Counted from the stretch's first letter, positions 8,385-17,447 are shown. The stretch is DNA of 26,909 nucleotides from a virus (IMGVR_UViG_3300020042_008729:1-26909); one strand, 5' to 3'. Notes: generated by a model from the sequence alone, not told the origin. A program made the numbers and translations.

Positions 8385-10052
8385 ATGCCAAATTGGAAAA
8401 AAGTCGTCGTATCCGGATCGGATGCCGTATTAAGTTCTGTAACCTCCTCATTCACAGGATCATTAACTGGTGCTTTAATTGGGACAGCATCATGGGCTCA
8501 AAGTGCTTCAAGAGCAATATCAGCATCATATGCACCACCCTCTCCCACATTCCCATACATAGGTACTGCTACAATAAGTGGATCATTACTAGTAACTGGA
8601 TCTAGCTTTTTAGTCACATCCGACACCACTCAAATAAATGCATCGAATGAAGTGCAGATAGCGACCACTAGAGTCAGCATAGGTGACAACACAGGACCTC
8701 CCGAAAAGATATTTCTACGCTCAAATACAGGTAATGGTGGGTTGTTCTGGACATTAAATGATGAACAAATAGCCGTATATGCTGAGAATGATAGATATAA
8801 TTATGGGAACGGGAATATGTATGTCTCATCTTCTGACCAAAAAACATACTCACCTGCAGGATTCATAGGACCGCTTACAGGATCCGTATTTGGAACAGCA
8901 TCCTGGGCTACATCAGTAATAACATCTTCCGTCACTTCAAACGTAGACGTAAACGACGTACCAAATAGCAATACTACAAACTACTTAGCATTTTATCTAA
9001 ATGCCTCGGGATTCAGACCTTCAAGAATAGCATCTACTAAATTTGTAGTAAACCCAGCTACAGGATCAATGGGTATTAATAAATCTACTATAACAACAGG
9101 ATATAACTTAGATGTTAGTGGCTCAGTATTAGTCACAGGTAGTATAACAGCTTCATTAGGATTTTTTGGTACAGCATCCTTTGCTACAAGTGCTTCTCAA
9201 GCATTAACAGCTTCCCAAGCAACATCAGCATCATATGCTTTATCAGCTTCATTCGCACCATCATCTCCTGCATTCCCATATACAGGAAGTGCTATAATAT
9301 CAGGAAGTTTAGGAATAACGGGATCATTAATAGTATCTGGAACAAATGGTGGTATTGATACAAGCTTAAACAGCCCAGCATTACTTTCAGGCGATGGTAA
9401 TCAAGCTGTTGTATTTGGTACTAATAGAAAATGGTTAAATGATGCCAATAGCACTACAGTTGTAGATTGGGAAGTACAAAGTTTAAACGATAGTTTAGCA
9501 AATCCAAGTATAGATTGGACAAACAGAATACTTTACGAAGTAGGTGGCTATGAAGCTCTTAATTATTCTACCTCTGCGTCTGTAAGCAGTCAATTATATT
9601 ACAACAACGTAATCCCAGGCCAAGTCCAAAGACAACTAGCAAATACCCCAACACATGCAGGTCAAGTAATTCAAGCATCCATAGATGTAGGAGTATCAAA
9701 TTATGAGTTAGTAGCATTGGACACTGATGGAGTATGGAAACCTACCAAAGCTGCTGTTGGATATTACGCAGATAAGATGTTAGGAATTGCTGTAGATGCG
9801 GCTGGTGGGTATGTATTAATAGAGGGAGACATAGGGGTGAGTGATGATGCAAGTAAAGGAGCTTATGTAGTAGGAGCAGATTACGGATTACCAGTATATG
9901 TGTCAACATCAGATAATCAAATGACTACAACTGCTCCATCAGGCGCAGGCTCAATAGTCAGAATAGTAGGACACATCTACTATAACAGCACAACAGATGT
10001 CAATTGGTGGACAATGAAATTTAGGCCAAGTAATGATTGGTACATAATATAA
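8385..10052 (+). CDS. Fibre-like virion protein
   Basis: 555 aa; N-terminus MPNWKKVVVSGS homologous to that of 6193; ASxA heptad-like repeats; two FPYxGxAxISGSL modules; distinct C-terminal domain (LGIA...GLPVYVS...TTTAPSG...VRIVG). Confidence 0.72.
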   Translation: MPNWKKVVVSGSDAVLSSVTSSFTGSLTGALIGTASWAQSASRAISASYAPPSPTFPYIGTATISGSLLVTGSSFLVTSDTTQINASNEVQIATTRVSIGDNTGPPEKIFLRSNTGNGGLFWTLNDEQIAVYAENDRYNYGNGNMYVSSSDQKTYSPAGFIGPLTGSVFGTASWATSVITSSVTSNVDVNDVPNSNTTNYLAFYLNASGFRPSRIASTKFVVNPATGSMGINKSTITTGYNLDVSGSVLVTGSITASLGFFGTASFATSASQALTASQATSASYALSASFAPSSPAFPYTGSAIISGSLGITGSLIVSGTNGGIDTSLNSPALLSGDGNQAVVFGTNRKWLNDANSTTVVDWEVQSLNDSLANPSIDWTNRILYEVGGYEALNYSTSASVSSQLYYNNVIPGQVQRQLANTPTHAGQVIQASIDVGVSNYELVALDTDGVWKPTKAAVGYYADKMLGIAVDAAGGYVLIEGDIGVSDDASKGAYVVGADYGLPVYVSTSDNQMTTTAPSGAGSIVRIVGHIYYNSTTDVNWWTMKFRPSNDWYII

Positions 10053-10061
10053 AAATAATCT

Positions 10062-11303
10062 ATGGCTAATATATCACAAATAAATGGTAATCTATTAAAT
10101 GCTGCTACCGCTTCATTAGCAGTGACAGCTTCATTTGCCTTAGCAGTAGCAGGAGGAGGTGGTGGAGCAGCATTTCCATATACTGGCTCTGCTAGAATAA
10201 CAGGAAGTTTAGGAGTAACAGGCTCAAGTGCATTTATAGGAGATCAAACTATAGCTGGAGGACTTATAGTTTCTAGTGGTTCAGGAACTCCTACTAGCAT
10301 GTTTAGCACTCAATTAGCTAATGGGAATAAAGTATTTGAAATTACTCAAGCAAGCTCAGGAGATGGAACTTTATCTGTATATAAGAATGGTGGAACAGCA
10401 GTAACATCACAAATTAAAGCAAATGGTACCACATATTTTTCTAGTGGTTCCGTAGGGCTTAATACTGTGATAGGTCATAGTACCGCATTCGGATCTGCAG
10501 TATTTTCAGTTGTGGGAGGAGATAATGCTGGTACAGCAAACACTTCTTTTCATAGGTTAGATGGTACTTATTTACTGACTGTATTAAATAATGGAAATAT
10601 TGGAATTGGACCTAATAACAATTCACCTTCATTTAATTTAGATGTGAGTGGAAGTGTTATATTCCGAAATACCGTTACAGGCCCATTTGTAGTGACAGGA
10701 TCAGTTACAGCATCTGCTCTTAATCTTATATCATCATCATTCACTCAAAGTAGAATATTATTAGATAATACATTTGATAATTTACATTTAAATAGTTTAA
10801 CTCCAAATGTCCGTGATAGGTCCTCTCTATTACGTGTATATGGGACATACACTACCGGATCAGCCAACACAACTACCAATAATCACATATTAGCTGCTCA
10901 TATATCTCCTACTTTTAATCCTACAAATAATTCAACATCTACATTTAATACATTAACACTAGAACCTCAATTTTTAAACACTAGTGCTACAGGAAGTGCT
11001 AGAGGTTTACTCGTAACCCCTGCCTTTGCAGGAGACCACCCAAACTTTAGAAGTATTGAATGGGATAATTCCACCAATAATGGATGGGGATTATATGGAT
11101 TCGGTAATGCTCCTAACTATCTTGCTGGTAAATTAAGCATAGGAACGCTTTCTACTGGTTCTACTCTAAATGTAGCTGGTGATGCTACCATTACAACTAA
11201 CTTAATTGTAAGTGGTAATATAAAGGTTGTAGGAGAGATAGAGGGTATTCAAGGACAAGTAACAGCATTAGCGCAAGGTAACTTCCTATTCTCGGGGATG
11301 TAA
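10062..11303 (+). CDS. Fibre-like virion protein
   Basis: 413 aa; TASLAVTASFA, FPYTGSARITGSL and GNIGIG...NLDVSGS beta-repeat motifs of trimeric fibres. Confidence 0.7.
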   Translation: MANISQINGNLLNAATASLAVTASFALAVAGGGGGAAFPYTGSARITGSLGVTGSSAFIGDQTIAGGLIVSSGSGTPTSMFSTQLANGNKVFEITQASSGDGTLSVYKNGGTAVTSQIKANGTTYFSSGSVGLNTVIGHSTAFGSAVFSVVGGDNAGTANTSFHRLDGTYLLTVLNNGNIGIGPNNNSPSFNLDVSGSVIFRNTVTGPFVVTGSVTASALNLISSSFTQSRILLDNTFDNLHLNSLTPNVRDRSSLLRVYGTYTTGSANTTTNNHILAAHISPTFNPTNNSTSTFNTLTLEPQFLNTSATGSARGLLVTPAFAGDHPNFRSIEWDNSTNNGWGLYGFGNAPNYLAGKLSIGTLSTGSTLNVAGDATITTNLIVSGNIKVVGEIEGIQGQVTALAQGNFLFSGM

Positions 11304-11308
11304 TACAA

Positions 11309-11316
11309 TACTTATA
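11309..11316 (+). promoter_or_regulatory. TACTTATA variant of the candidate late promoter
   Basis: 16 nt before ATG 11333. Confidence 0.5.
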
Positions 11317-11332
11317 ATAAAACAGAAAACAT

Positions 11333-11788
11333 ATGGCAGCAAATTTTAATCCCATTTACACCCTAACACCAAACGTAGGCGTTGGAAAGATAGGTACAAC
11401 AGCCGCACATACCGCATCTAGCGGTATTGGAATAGTAGATACCAACCTATTCGTAGCCTTTACAGCAGGACCAAGTGGTAGTTTCATTCAAAGAGCTAGA
11501 TTCAATGCAATAGCATCGGCAGCTGCAGTCAACACTGTAGCAACAACACTTAGAGTATTCTTAAGCTCAGTTAACACAGGAACAACAACCTCAGCAAACA
11601 CAAGCTTGTTAGTAGAGGTATCAGTACCAGGTACACTATCAACAGCAAACTCAACTAACTCAGTTTTGTACTACGATATTCCATTAAACATAGCAGTCCC
11701 AAGTACAAGATACATTCTCATTAGTCAACACGTTGCACAAACAACTAACCAACAATGGCAAGGAACTGTCTTTGGTGGAGACTATTAA
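11333..11788 (+). CDS. Hypothetical beta-rich structural protein, fibre-associated
   Basis: 151 aa ORF between a fibre gene and the glycine-rich gene; ends FGGDY. Confidence 0.65.
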   Translation: MAANFNPIYTLTPNVGVGKIGTTAAHTASSGIGIVDTNLFVAFTAGPSGSFIQRARFNAIASAAAVNTVATTLRVFLSSVNTGTTTSANTSLLVEVSVPGTLSTANSTNSVLYYDIPLNIAVPSTRYILISQHVAQTTNQQWQGTVFGGDY

Positions 11789-11805
11789 TCATTAAATAAA
11801 GTTTT

Positions 11806-12816
11806 ATGTACGGCTCACCAATAGATTTCGGTTTCTTACCTCCACAATTCAAAGGAGATGTTCAATTATTCTTTTCAAACGGAACAACACCTGCATCACA
11901 GGCATGGCAAATTTGGCGAAAGCCAAGAGGTATCTCCATGGTATACATGATGGCTATCGGCGGTGGTGGTGGTGGTGGTGGAGGATTTACTGGAGCTACA
12001 AACACAGCAAAAGGCGGGGGTGGAGGAGGTGGATGCTCAAGTATCGCTACAATGATGATGCCAGCAACATTCCTACCAGACCAGTTATACATCTTTACTG
12101 GTAATGGAGGTACAGGAGGAGCTGCCACCTCAGCAGGCGTTTCCGGATCGCTATCATATGTCAGTTTAGGTAATGGATCTGCAACGGCAGGAGCAACAAT
12201 ACCAAACGTAATCTTGATATCTGGAGCATCAACAGCCGGCGGTGGTACCGCAGGATCGCTTACAGCAGCAGGTGCTGGAGGAGCAGGCGCGTCTTCTACG
12301 GGAATAACCTCACTTGGACCAATGGGAAGGCTAGGATTCTTCTCAGGACAACCAGCGTTATCAGATTCAACAGCAGGACCAGCTGGTATTAATGGAACCG
12401 CAGGCGGTGCTCAAACAGGAGCAGTCGGTACCGTCGTTTCTAATACTTGGAACACAATTCCACTATCACCAGGAGCTGGAGGAGCAGGAATCAACACAGC
12501 AGCACAAGTAGGATTTGCGGGTGGCGGTATATCATTACAAGCACAAACGTACATCCCAGATGGGACGTTTCAATCACTAACCGGAGGTTCGGCAGGTACG
12601 GCAGGAGTACAGGGTGGTGATGGGCCAAATGGGATAAGCTCATTTAAGCCATTCTTTCAAACCGGAGGAGGTGGAGGTGGATCATCTGATGGTCGTTCTG
12701 GTGGTATTGGAGGTAATGGAGGTATTGGATGTGGTGGAGGTGGTGGAGGTGCTGGCACTACTGGAGGTAAGGGTGGTAACGGCGGAAGTGGAATGGTAGC
12801 AATGATTTGTTGGTAA
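11806..12816 (+). CDS. Glycine-rich (polyglycine) adhesin-like protein
   Basis: WRKPRGISMVYMMAIGGGGGGGGG, multiple GGxGGxG and GGGGGG tracts and C-terminal GGNGGSGMVAMICW, matching the architecture of phage glycine-rich tip domains. Confidence 0.75.
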   Translation: MYGSPIDFGFLPPQFKGDVQLFFSNGTTPASQAWQIWRKPRGISMVYMMAIGGGGGGGGGFTGATNTAKGGGGGGGCSSIATMMMPATFLPDQLYIFTGNGGTGGAATSAGVSGSLSYVSLGNGSATAGATIPNVILISGASTAGGGTAGSLTAAGAGGAGASSTGITSLGPMGRLGFFSGQPALSDSTAGPAGINGTAGGAQTGAVGTVVSNTWNTIPLSPGAGGAGINTAAQVGFAGGGISLQAQTYIPDGTFQSLTGGSAGTAGVQGGDGPNGISSFKPFFQTGGGGGGSSDGRSGGIGGNGGIGCGGGGGGAGTTGGKGGNGGSGMVAMICW

Positions 12817-12858
12817 TTAGCTAAACAAAAAGTTTATTCATATAAAACAAAAAACAAA

Positions 12859-13152
12859 ATGGCAATACAAGTAACAGGATTTTTTGAAAGTCCACAAACA
12901 GGATTGTTGTATGACTCTCCTCTATTGGTATTAGTACCACAACTACAATACGTAAACCAAATTATAATGGACGTAGTTGTGGGGGGAAACGGCGTAATAA
13001 CGTATCAAAGTATTGATAAAGCTACCTTAACATACGATCCTTTAATCACAGACCCATACATTCAATTAATTGATGCCTTGGATACCTTTGTAATTAATGA
13101 CGTTAAAGACGCTAATCCTACTAATAGTGCAGCTACCTTTACTAAGGCGTAG
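12859..13152 (+). CDS. Hypothetical protein
   Basis: 97 aa ORF with an A-rich leader, collinear with the operon. Confidence 0.7.
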   Translation: MAIQVTGFFESPQTGLLYDSPLLVLVPQLQYVNQIIMDVVVGGNGVITYQSIDKATLTYDPLITDPYIQLIDALDTFVINDVKDANPTNSAATFTKA

Positions 13153-13160
13153 TATTCTAT

Positions 13161-13181
13161 ACCGGTTACGGTTGGTTTTTT
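13161..13181 (+). terminator. Possible weak terminator
   Basis: ACCG-GTTA-CGGT short hairpin followed by TGGTTTTTT. Confidence 0.35.
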
Positions 13182-13195
13182 AATACAAAGGCGTA

Positions 13196-13203
13196 TATTT
13201 ATA
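13196..13203 (+). promoter_or_regulatory. TATTTATA motif, candidate late promoter
   Basis: 18 nt before ATG 13222; the context GCGTATATTTATATA matches GCGTATACTTATATA at 16554. Confidence 0.6.
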
Positions 13204-13221
13204 TAAAACAAAACAGTTATT

Positions 13222-13497
13222 ATGTCAGAGCAAATTAAGTTTTCAGAAGAAGAGATTTCAGAAATCAAACAAGTACAAGCTAACTACCAAACAATCGGAT
13301 TAGAGTTGGTACAAATTAAATTAGCGTTATCAAATGCCAAAAGACAATTTGAGTCTTTGGAGTTAGAGGAGCAGGCGTTAGCTGAACGTATTGCAGATGT
13401 TAATGCAAAAGAAAGGCAGATTGCTAGGCAGTTGGAGGAGAAATATGGCAAAGGTGAGATTGACTTAGAAAGCGGAGTGTTCACACCCATTTCTTAG
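13222..13497 (+). CDS. Small coiled-coil protein
   Basis: 91 aa heptad-rich, ending KYGKGEIDLESGVF; directly upstream of the sheath gene. Confidence 0.75.
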   Translation: MSEQIKFSEEEISEIKQVQANYQTIGLELVQIKLALSNAKRQFESLELEEQALAERIADVNAKERQIARQLEEKYGKGEIDLESGVFTPIS

Positions 13498-13530
13498 TAA
13501 GTTTCTACAAGGTTTCGGGTTACGTTGTAC

Positions 13531-13538
13531 TATTTATA
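13531..13538 (+). promoter_or_regulatory. TATTTATA motif, candidate late promoter
   Basis: 25 nt before ATG 13564. Confidence 0.6.
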
Positions 13539-13563
13539 TGTAAATTAATCAATTAATATAACG

Positions 13564-15978
13564 ATGGCCGAAAAAATAGTTAGCCCAGGAGTCTTCACAA
13601 ACGAGAAAGACTTATCATTTTTACCAGCCGGTATTGCTGCCATAGGAGCAGCTATCGTTGGTCCTACCCTAAGAGGTCCTGCTTTCATACCAACTGTGGT
13701 AACAAACTTCAATGACTTTATTTCAAAGTTTGGAGGATTGAGCGAAGAGACATATGTTCCATATGCAGTAAAGAGCTACTTGAGAAATGCAAGCACTGTT
13801 ACAGTGGTTCGTATCCTACAAGAAGGTGGATACAATATCCCAACAGCATTTAGCTTAATCTTTACAACAGGGTCTACTACTCGTGTAGTAGGTGTTGCTA
13901 TTCCAAGCGCTAAAAACAGCACTAACGGAAGCAATGCAGTTGGATTAGGTTTATCAGCAATTACATCATCAGGTGGAACAAATGGATCAGGTAGCTATTC
14001 TGGATCATTTAAAATGGTATTCTCTGGATCTTCATTCACTCCATTTGCGGTATCAGCATCAACAGTTCCGTCAAGCAACATTAGCTTTGACAAGGTATTA
14101 GGTACTAACGTAAAGTCTACTCAAAACGCATACGCATACCTCTGGTTCCCAGACTACTTGACAACTTACTTAGGAAGCAGTGGAAGTATGGTATCTGCAT
14201 CATTTGCCAGTCCACTTAACCTTTCTGGCTCAGTTTTTGGAACTTACCGCCCAGCAAGAACGCCATATGTAACTTCTCAGTTAATAGACGGACAGAGTCC
14301 AAAGACATTATTCCGATTCTACAACCAAGCAGACGGAACAGATACAAACACACAATTTAAGATTAGTGTAATTAACCAAACACTACCAACATCAACATCA
14401 GTAGCAAACGTATACGGAACTTTCACAGTTCTTGTGCGTGACTTCAATGATACAGATCAACGTCCAATAGTATTGGAGTCTTACAATAACTTAACATTAG
14501 ATCCAGATTCAAGCGACTTTATTGCTCGTCGAATTGGAGATAGATACAACCAAGTTAGCACAGCTGATTATAGCGTTAAGGTATTAGGTGACTATCCAAA
14601 CGTAAGTAAGTACATTCGTGTAGACCTTGATAGTGATGTTAAGAACGGTGGTACCTCATTTGCATTGTTTCCAAAAGGATTCCAAGCAGTAATTGAGCCT
14701 TTTGCAGGACCATTCAACTTACCATCAGCATCTTTTGTTACTGAAGACCTTACAATCAACGGAGCTTTCAACACCAAAGCATATTACGGTTGGAATTTTA
14801 GCTCAAACGACAATGTAAACTACCTAAAGCCACTTCCAAGTGCATCTGTAGCAGGAGCAAACGTAAACTTCAACTTAGATAACTGCTTCTTCCACGCAAG
14901 TGGATCTGCAGTAGATAGCAATACAACTGGATACACCGGTGGTGCATCTGTATCAGGATCAACTTTAAGAGGTCTGGATGTATCTAACGTATTGAAGTTT
15001 ACCGTACCATTCCAAGATGGATTCGACGGAAATGACCCAGCACTACCAAAGTATGTTGGAGCAGACATTAGAAACACTAACACACAAGGACTTAACTGTC
15101 AAAATGCAAGTTCTGCAGGTAGCCAAGCATACTTCAAAGCTTTGAACATTATTCAAAACGCTGAACAGTATGACATGAACCTTTTAATAACTCCTGGTAT
15201 CACCATAGCTGATCACCCAAGTGTAGTAGCTAAAGCATTAGATGTTGTTGAAACAAGAGGAGATACTTTCTATATTGCTGACCCAGTAATACAGAACCAA
15301 TCACTTGCAACAGCAGTATCAGCAGCAGCAAACTCAGGAATTGATAGCTCATATGTTGGAACTTACTGGCCATGGGTTAAGATCATCGATACTGACAAGA
15401 ATAAGCCAGTATGGGTACCACCAAGTGTTGTATTACCAAACATATTTGCTTACAACGATAACGTAGCGTTTGAATGGTTTGCACCAGCAGGTCTGAATCG
15501 TGGAGGAATTACTGAGGCAGTAGACATTGAGACTAAATTAACTTTCTCTCAACGTGATAGCTTATACGAGAACAAGATTAACCCAATTGCAACATTCCCA
15601 GGTCAAGGTATCTGTGTATGGGGACAAAAGACATTACAAGTCAAGTCTTCTGCTTTGGATCGTATCAATGTACGTAGATTGTTAATCGCTATGAAGAAGT
15701 TCATCGCAAGCTCTACTCGCTACTTAGTATTCGAGAACAATACAACTGAAACTCGTCAAAGATTCTTAAACATTGTTAACCCTTACTTGGAAAGAGTAAA
15801 AGCTCGTCAAGGTCTATATGCCTTCCGTGTAGTAATGGACGAAACCAATAATACACCAGACGTAATCGACAGAAACCAAATGTACGGTCAAATATTCTTA
15901 CAACCAGCTAAGACTGCAGAGTTTATAGTACTTGACTTCAATATTTTACCAACTGGAGCATCGTTCGAAAACGCATAA
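13564..15978 (+). CDS. gp18: Contractile tail sheath protein, T4 gp18-like
   Basis: SPGVFTNEKDLS, YWPWV, WVPPS, WFAPAGLNRG, INPIATFPGQG.VWGQKTL, DRINVRRLLI, DETNNTPDVIDRN and QPAKTAEFI are canonical sheath motifs. Confidence 0.96.
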   Translation: MAEKIVSPGVFTNEKDLSFLPAGIAAIGAAIVGPTLRGPAFIPTVVTNFNDFISKFGGLSEETYVPYAVKSYLRNASTVTVVRILQEGGYNIPTAFSLIFTTGSTTRVVGVAIPSAKNSTNGSNAVGLGLSAITSSGGTNGSGSYSGSFKMVFSGSSFTPFAVSASTVPSSNISFDKVLGTNVKSTQNAYAYLWFPDYLTTYLGSSGSMVSASFASPLNLSGSVFGTYRPARTPYVTSQLIDGQSPKTLFRFYNQADGTDTNTQFKISVINQTLPTSTSVANVYGTFTVLVRDFNDTDQRPIVLESYNNLTLDPDSSDFIARRIGDRYNQVSTADYSVKVLGDYPNVSKYIRVDLDSDVKNGGTSFALFPKGFQAVIEPFAGPFNLPSASFVTEDLTINGAFNTKAYYGWNFSSNDNVNYLKPLPSASVAGANVNFNLDNCFFHASGSAVDSNTTGYTGGASVSGSTLRGLDVSNVLKFTVPFQDGFDGNDPALPKYVGADIRNTNTQGLNCQNASSAGSQAYFKALNIIQNAEQYDMNLLITPGITIADHPSVVAKALDVVETRGDTFYIADPVIQNQSLATAVSAAANSGIDSSYVGTYWPWVKIIDTDKNKPVWVPPSVVLPNIFAYNDNVAFEWFAPAGLNRGGITEAVDIETKLTFSQRDSLYENKINPIATFPGQGICVWGQKTLQVKSSALDRINVRRLLIAMKKFIASSTRYLVFENNTTETRQRFLNIVNPYLERVKARQGLYAFRVVMDETNNTPDVIDRNQMYGQIFLQPAKTAEFIVLDFNILPTGASFENA

Positions 15979-15984
15979 TCGAGA

Positions 15985-15992
15985 TATTTATA
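15985..15992 (+). promoter_or_regulatory. TATTTATA motif, candidate late promoter
   Basis: 14 nt before ATG 16007. Confidence 0.6.
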
Positions 15993-16006
15993 ATAAATAA
16001 AGCACA

Positions 16007-16495
16007 ATGGCAAACCTAATAGAAAGTGACAAAATGTTCTACACACCTTACGAACCTAAGGTACAGAACAGATTTATACTACAAGTAGATGGCATACCTT
16101 CCTTCATTATGAAGAAGGTATCCCGTCCACAAATTGAATGCGGTGAGGTAGTATTGGATCATATCAACATCATCCGTAAGGTAAAGGGAAAGTGTAAGTG
16201 GGGAGACATTACAATGACTCTTTACGATCCGATCGTACCATCAGGTGCCCAAGCTGTAATGGAGTGGGTACGTACTCAACACGAATCAGTAACTGGTCGT
16301 GATGGTTACTCTGACTTTTACAAGAAGGACTTTGATATCTTCGTATTAGGACCAGTGGGAGATAAAATCGAGAACTGGAAGGTTAAGGGTGCTTACATTA
16401 AGACTGCTCAGTTTGGAGACTTAGACTGGTCAACAGAAACTCAAGTTGAGATTCAATTGACTCTAGGAGTTGACTACTGCGTATTGGAATACTAA
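16007..16495 (+). CDS. gp19: Tail tube protein, T4 gp19-like
   Basis: 162 aa after the sheath gene; NRF, GKCKWGDITMT, YKKD, WKVKGAY, GDLDW and LTLGVDY fit the gp19 pattern. Confidence 0.92.
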   Translation: MANLIESDKMFYTPYEPKVQNRFILQVDGIPSFIMKKVSRPQIECGEVVLDHINIIRKVKGKCKWGDITMTLYDPIVPSGAQAVMEWVRTQHESVTGRDGYSDFYKKDFDIFVLGPVGDKIENWKVKGAYIKTAQFGDLDWSTETQVEIQLTLGVDYCVLEY

Positions 16496-16517
16496 TACAC
16501 ACAAAACTTTTATAAAG

Positions 16518-16550
16518 AAAGCCAGCAGAAATGTTGGCTTTACTTTTTTT
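16518..16550 (+). terminator. Rho-independent terminator after the tail tube gene
   Basis: AAAGCCAGCA-GAAA-TGTTGGCTTT hairpin followed by ACTTTTTTT. Confidence 0.85.
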
Positions 16551-16558
16551 ATTGCGTA

Positions 16559-16566
16559 TACTTATA
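16559..16566 (+). promoter_or_regulatory. TACTTATA variant of the candidate late promoter
   Basis: Directly after the terminator, 17 nt before ATG 16584. Confidence 0.55.
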
Positions 16567-16583
16567 TATAAACAGTTATCAAT

Positions 16584-17447
16584 ATGAGCAATAAAGTTGT
16601 AAACGATGCCTACCCAGGCAGACAAGTAGTTACCGATGATGATATCAAAGCCCAATTTACACAAGAGTATGTAACGGCAGTTGATTCAAAATACGATGGT
16701 CCAACAGAGATTATCGATTTACCATCCAAGGGATTCTTCTATCCAGAAGGACATCCACTTTCAGAAGGGAAGATTGAGATTAAGTACATGACAGCTAAGG
16801 AAGAAGATATCCTAAGCTCAGCCACCTTAATCAAACAAGGTGTTGTAATAGACAAGCTATTGCAGTCACTTATTGTAACCAGAGTAAAGTTCGATGAAAT
16901 CCTATTAGTAGACAAGAATGCAATCTTCATTGCAGCTCGTGTATTAGCTTATGGAAATGACTATCCAGTAGAGTTAACATGCCCAGCGTGTGAGACTAAG
17001 CAATCAGATAGCATTGACTTAGGTTCTTTTGAAGAGAAGGGTGTTGACTGGTCTCAATTCGAGAAGGGCAAAACAACTTTTGATTTCACACTACCAGTAA
17101 CCAAGAAGGTGCTTACACTTAAATTCTTAACACATGGAGATGAGAAGGAAATCACAGAAAACTTAAAAGCTTCTAAAAAGGTATCTAAGTTGACTGGAAT
17201 TGATCCTGAGTTCACAACTCGTCTAAGACAGATGATTGTAGCAATCGATGGTAACCCAGACAAAGCTGAGATTCATAAAATGTCTCAGAACATGTTATCG
17301 AGAGATGCCCTTTCTTTAAGAGAGTACTTGAAGAAGATTACGCCAGACATAGATACAACATTCCATTTCGAATGTGGTAATTGCGGTCACGAAGTAACAA
17401 AGATGGCGATGCCCATCACGGTGCAGTTTTTTTGGCCTGGGGTCTGA
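16584..17447 (+). CDS. Baseplate hub / tail assembly chaperone, T4 gp26-like
   Basis: LPSKG, MTAKEEDIL, ARVLAYG, CPAC and CGNC (putative Zn site), ends FFWPGV; lies between the tube and tape measure genes. Confidence 0.8.
   Translation: MSNKVVNDAYPGRQVVTDDDIKAQFTQEYVTAVDSKYDGPTEIIDLPSKGFFYPEGHPLSEGKIEIKYMTAKEEDILSSATLIKQGVVIDKLLQSLIVTRVKFDEILLVDKNAIFIAARVLAYGNDYPVELTCPACETKQSDSIDLGSFEEKGVDWSQFEKGKTTFDFTLPVTKKVLTLKFLTHGDEKEITENLKASKKVSKLTGIDPEFTTRLRQMIVAIDGNPDKAEIHKMSQNMLSRDALSLREYLKKITPDIDTTFHFECGNCGHEVTKMAMPITVQFFWPGV

Noticed and set aside
8348-8605. 85-aa + strand ORF and 8138..8455 - strand ORF overlapping the RNA element
   Set aside because: Out-of-frame overlaps with a convincing fibre gene and implausible composition; the region is better explained as a structured UTR.
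11904-12104. ORF with a poly-Trp run (WWWWWW)
   Set aside because: Shifted-frame reading of the (GGT)n glycine codons of 11806..12816.
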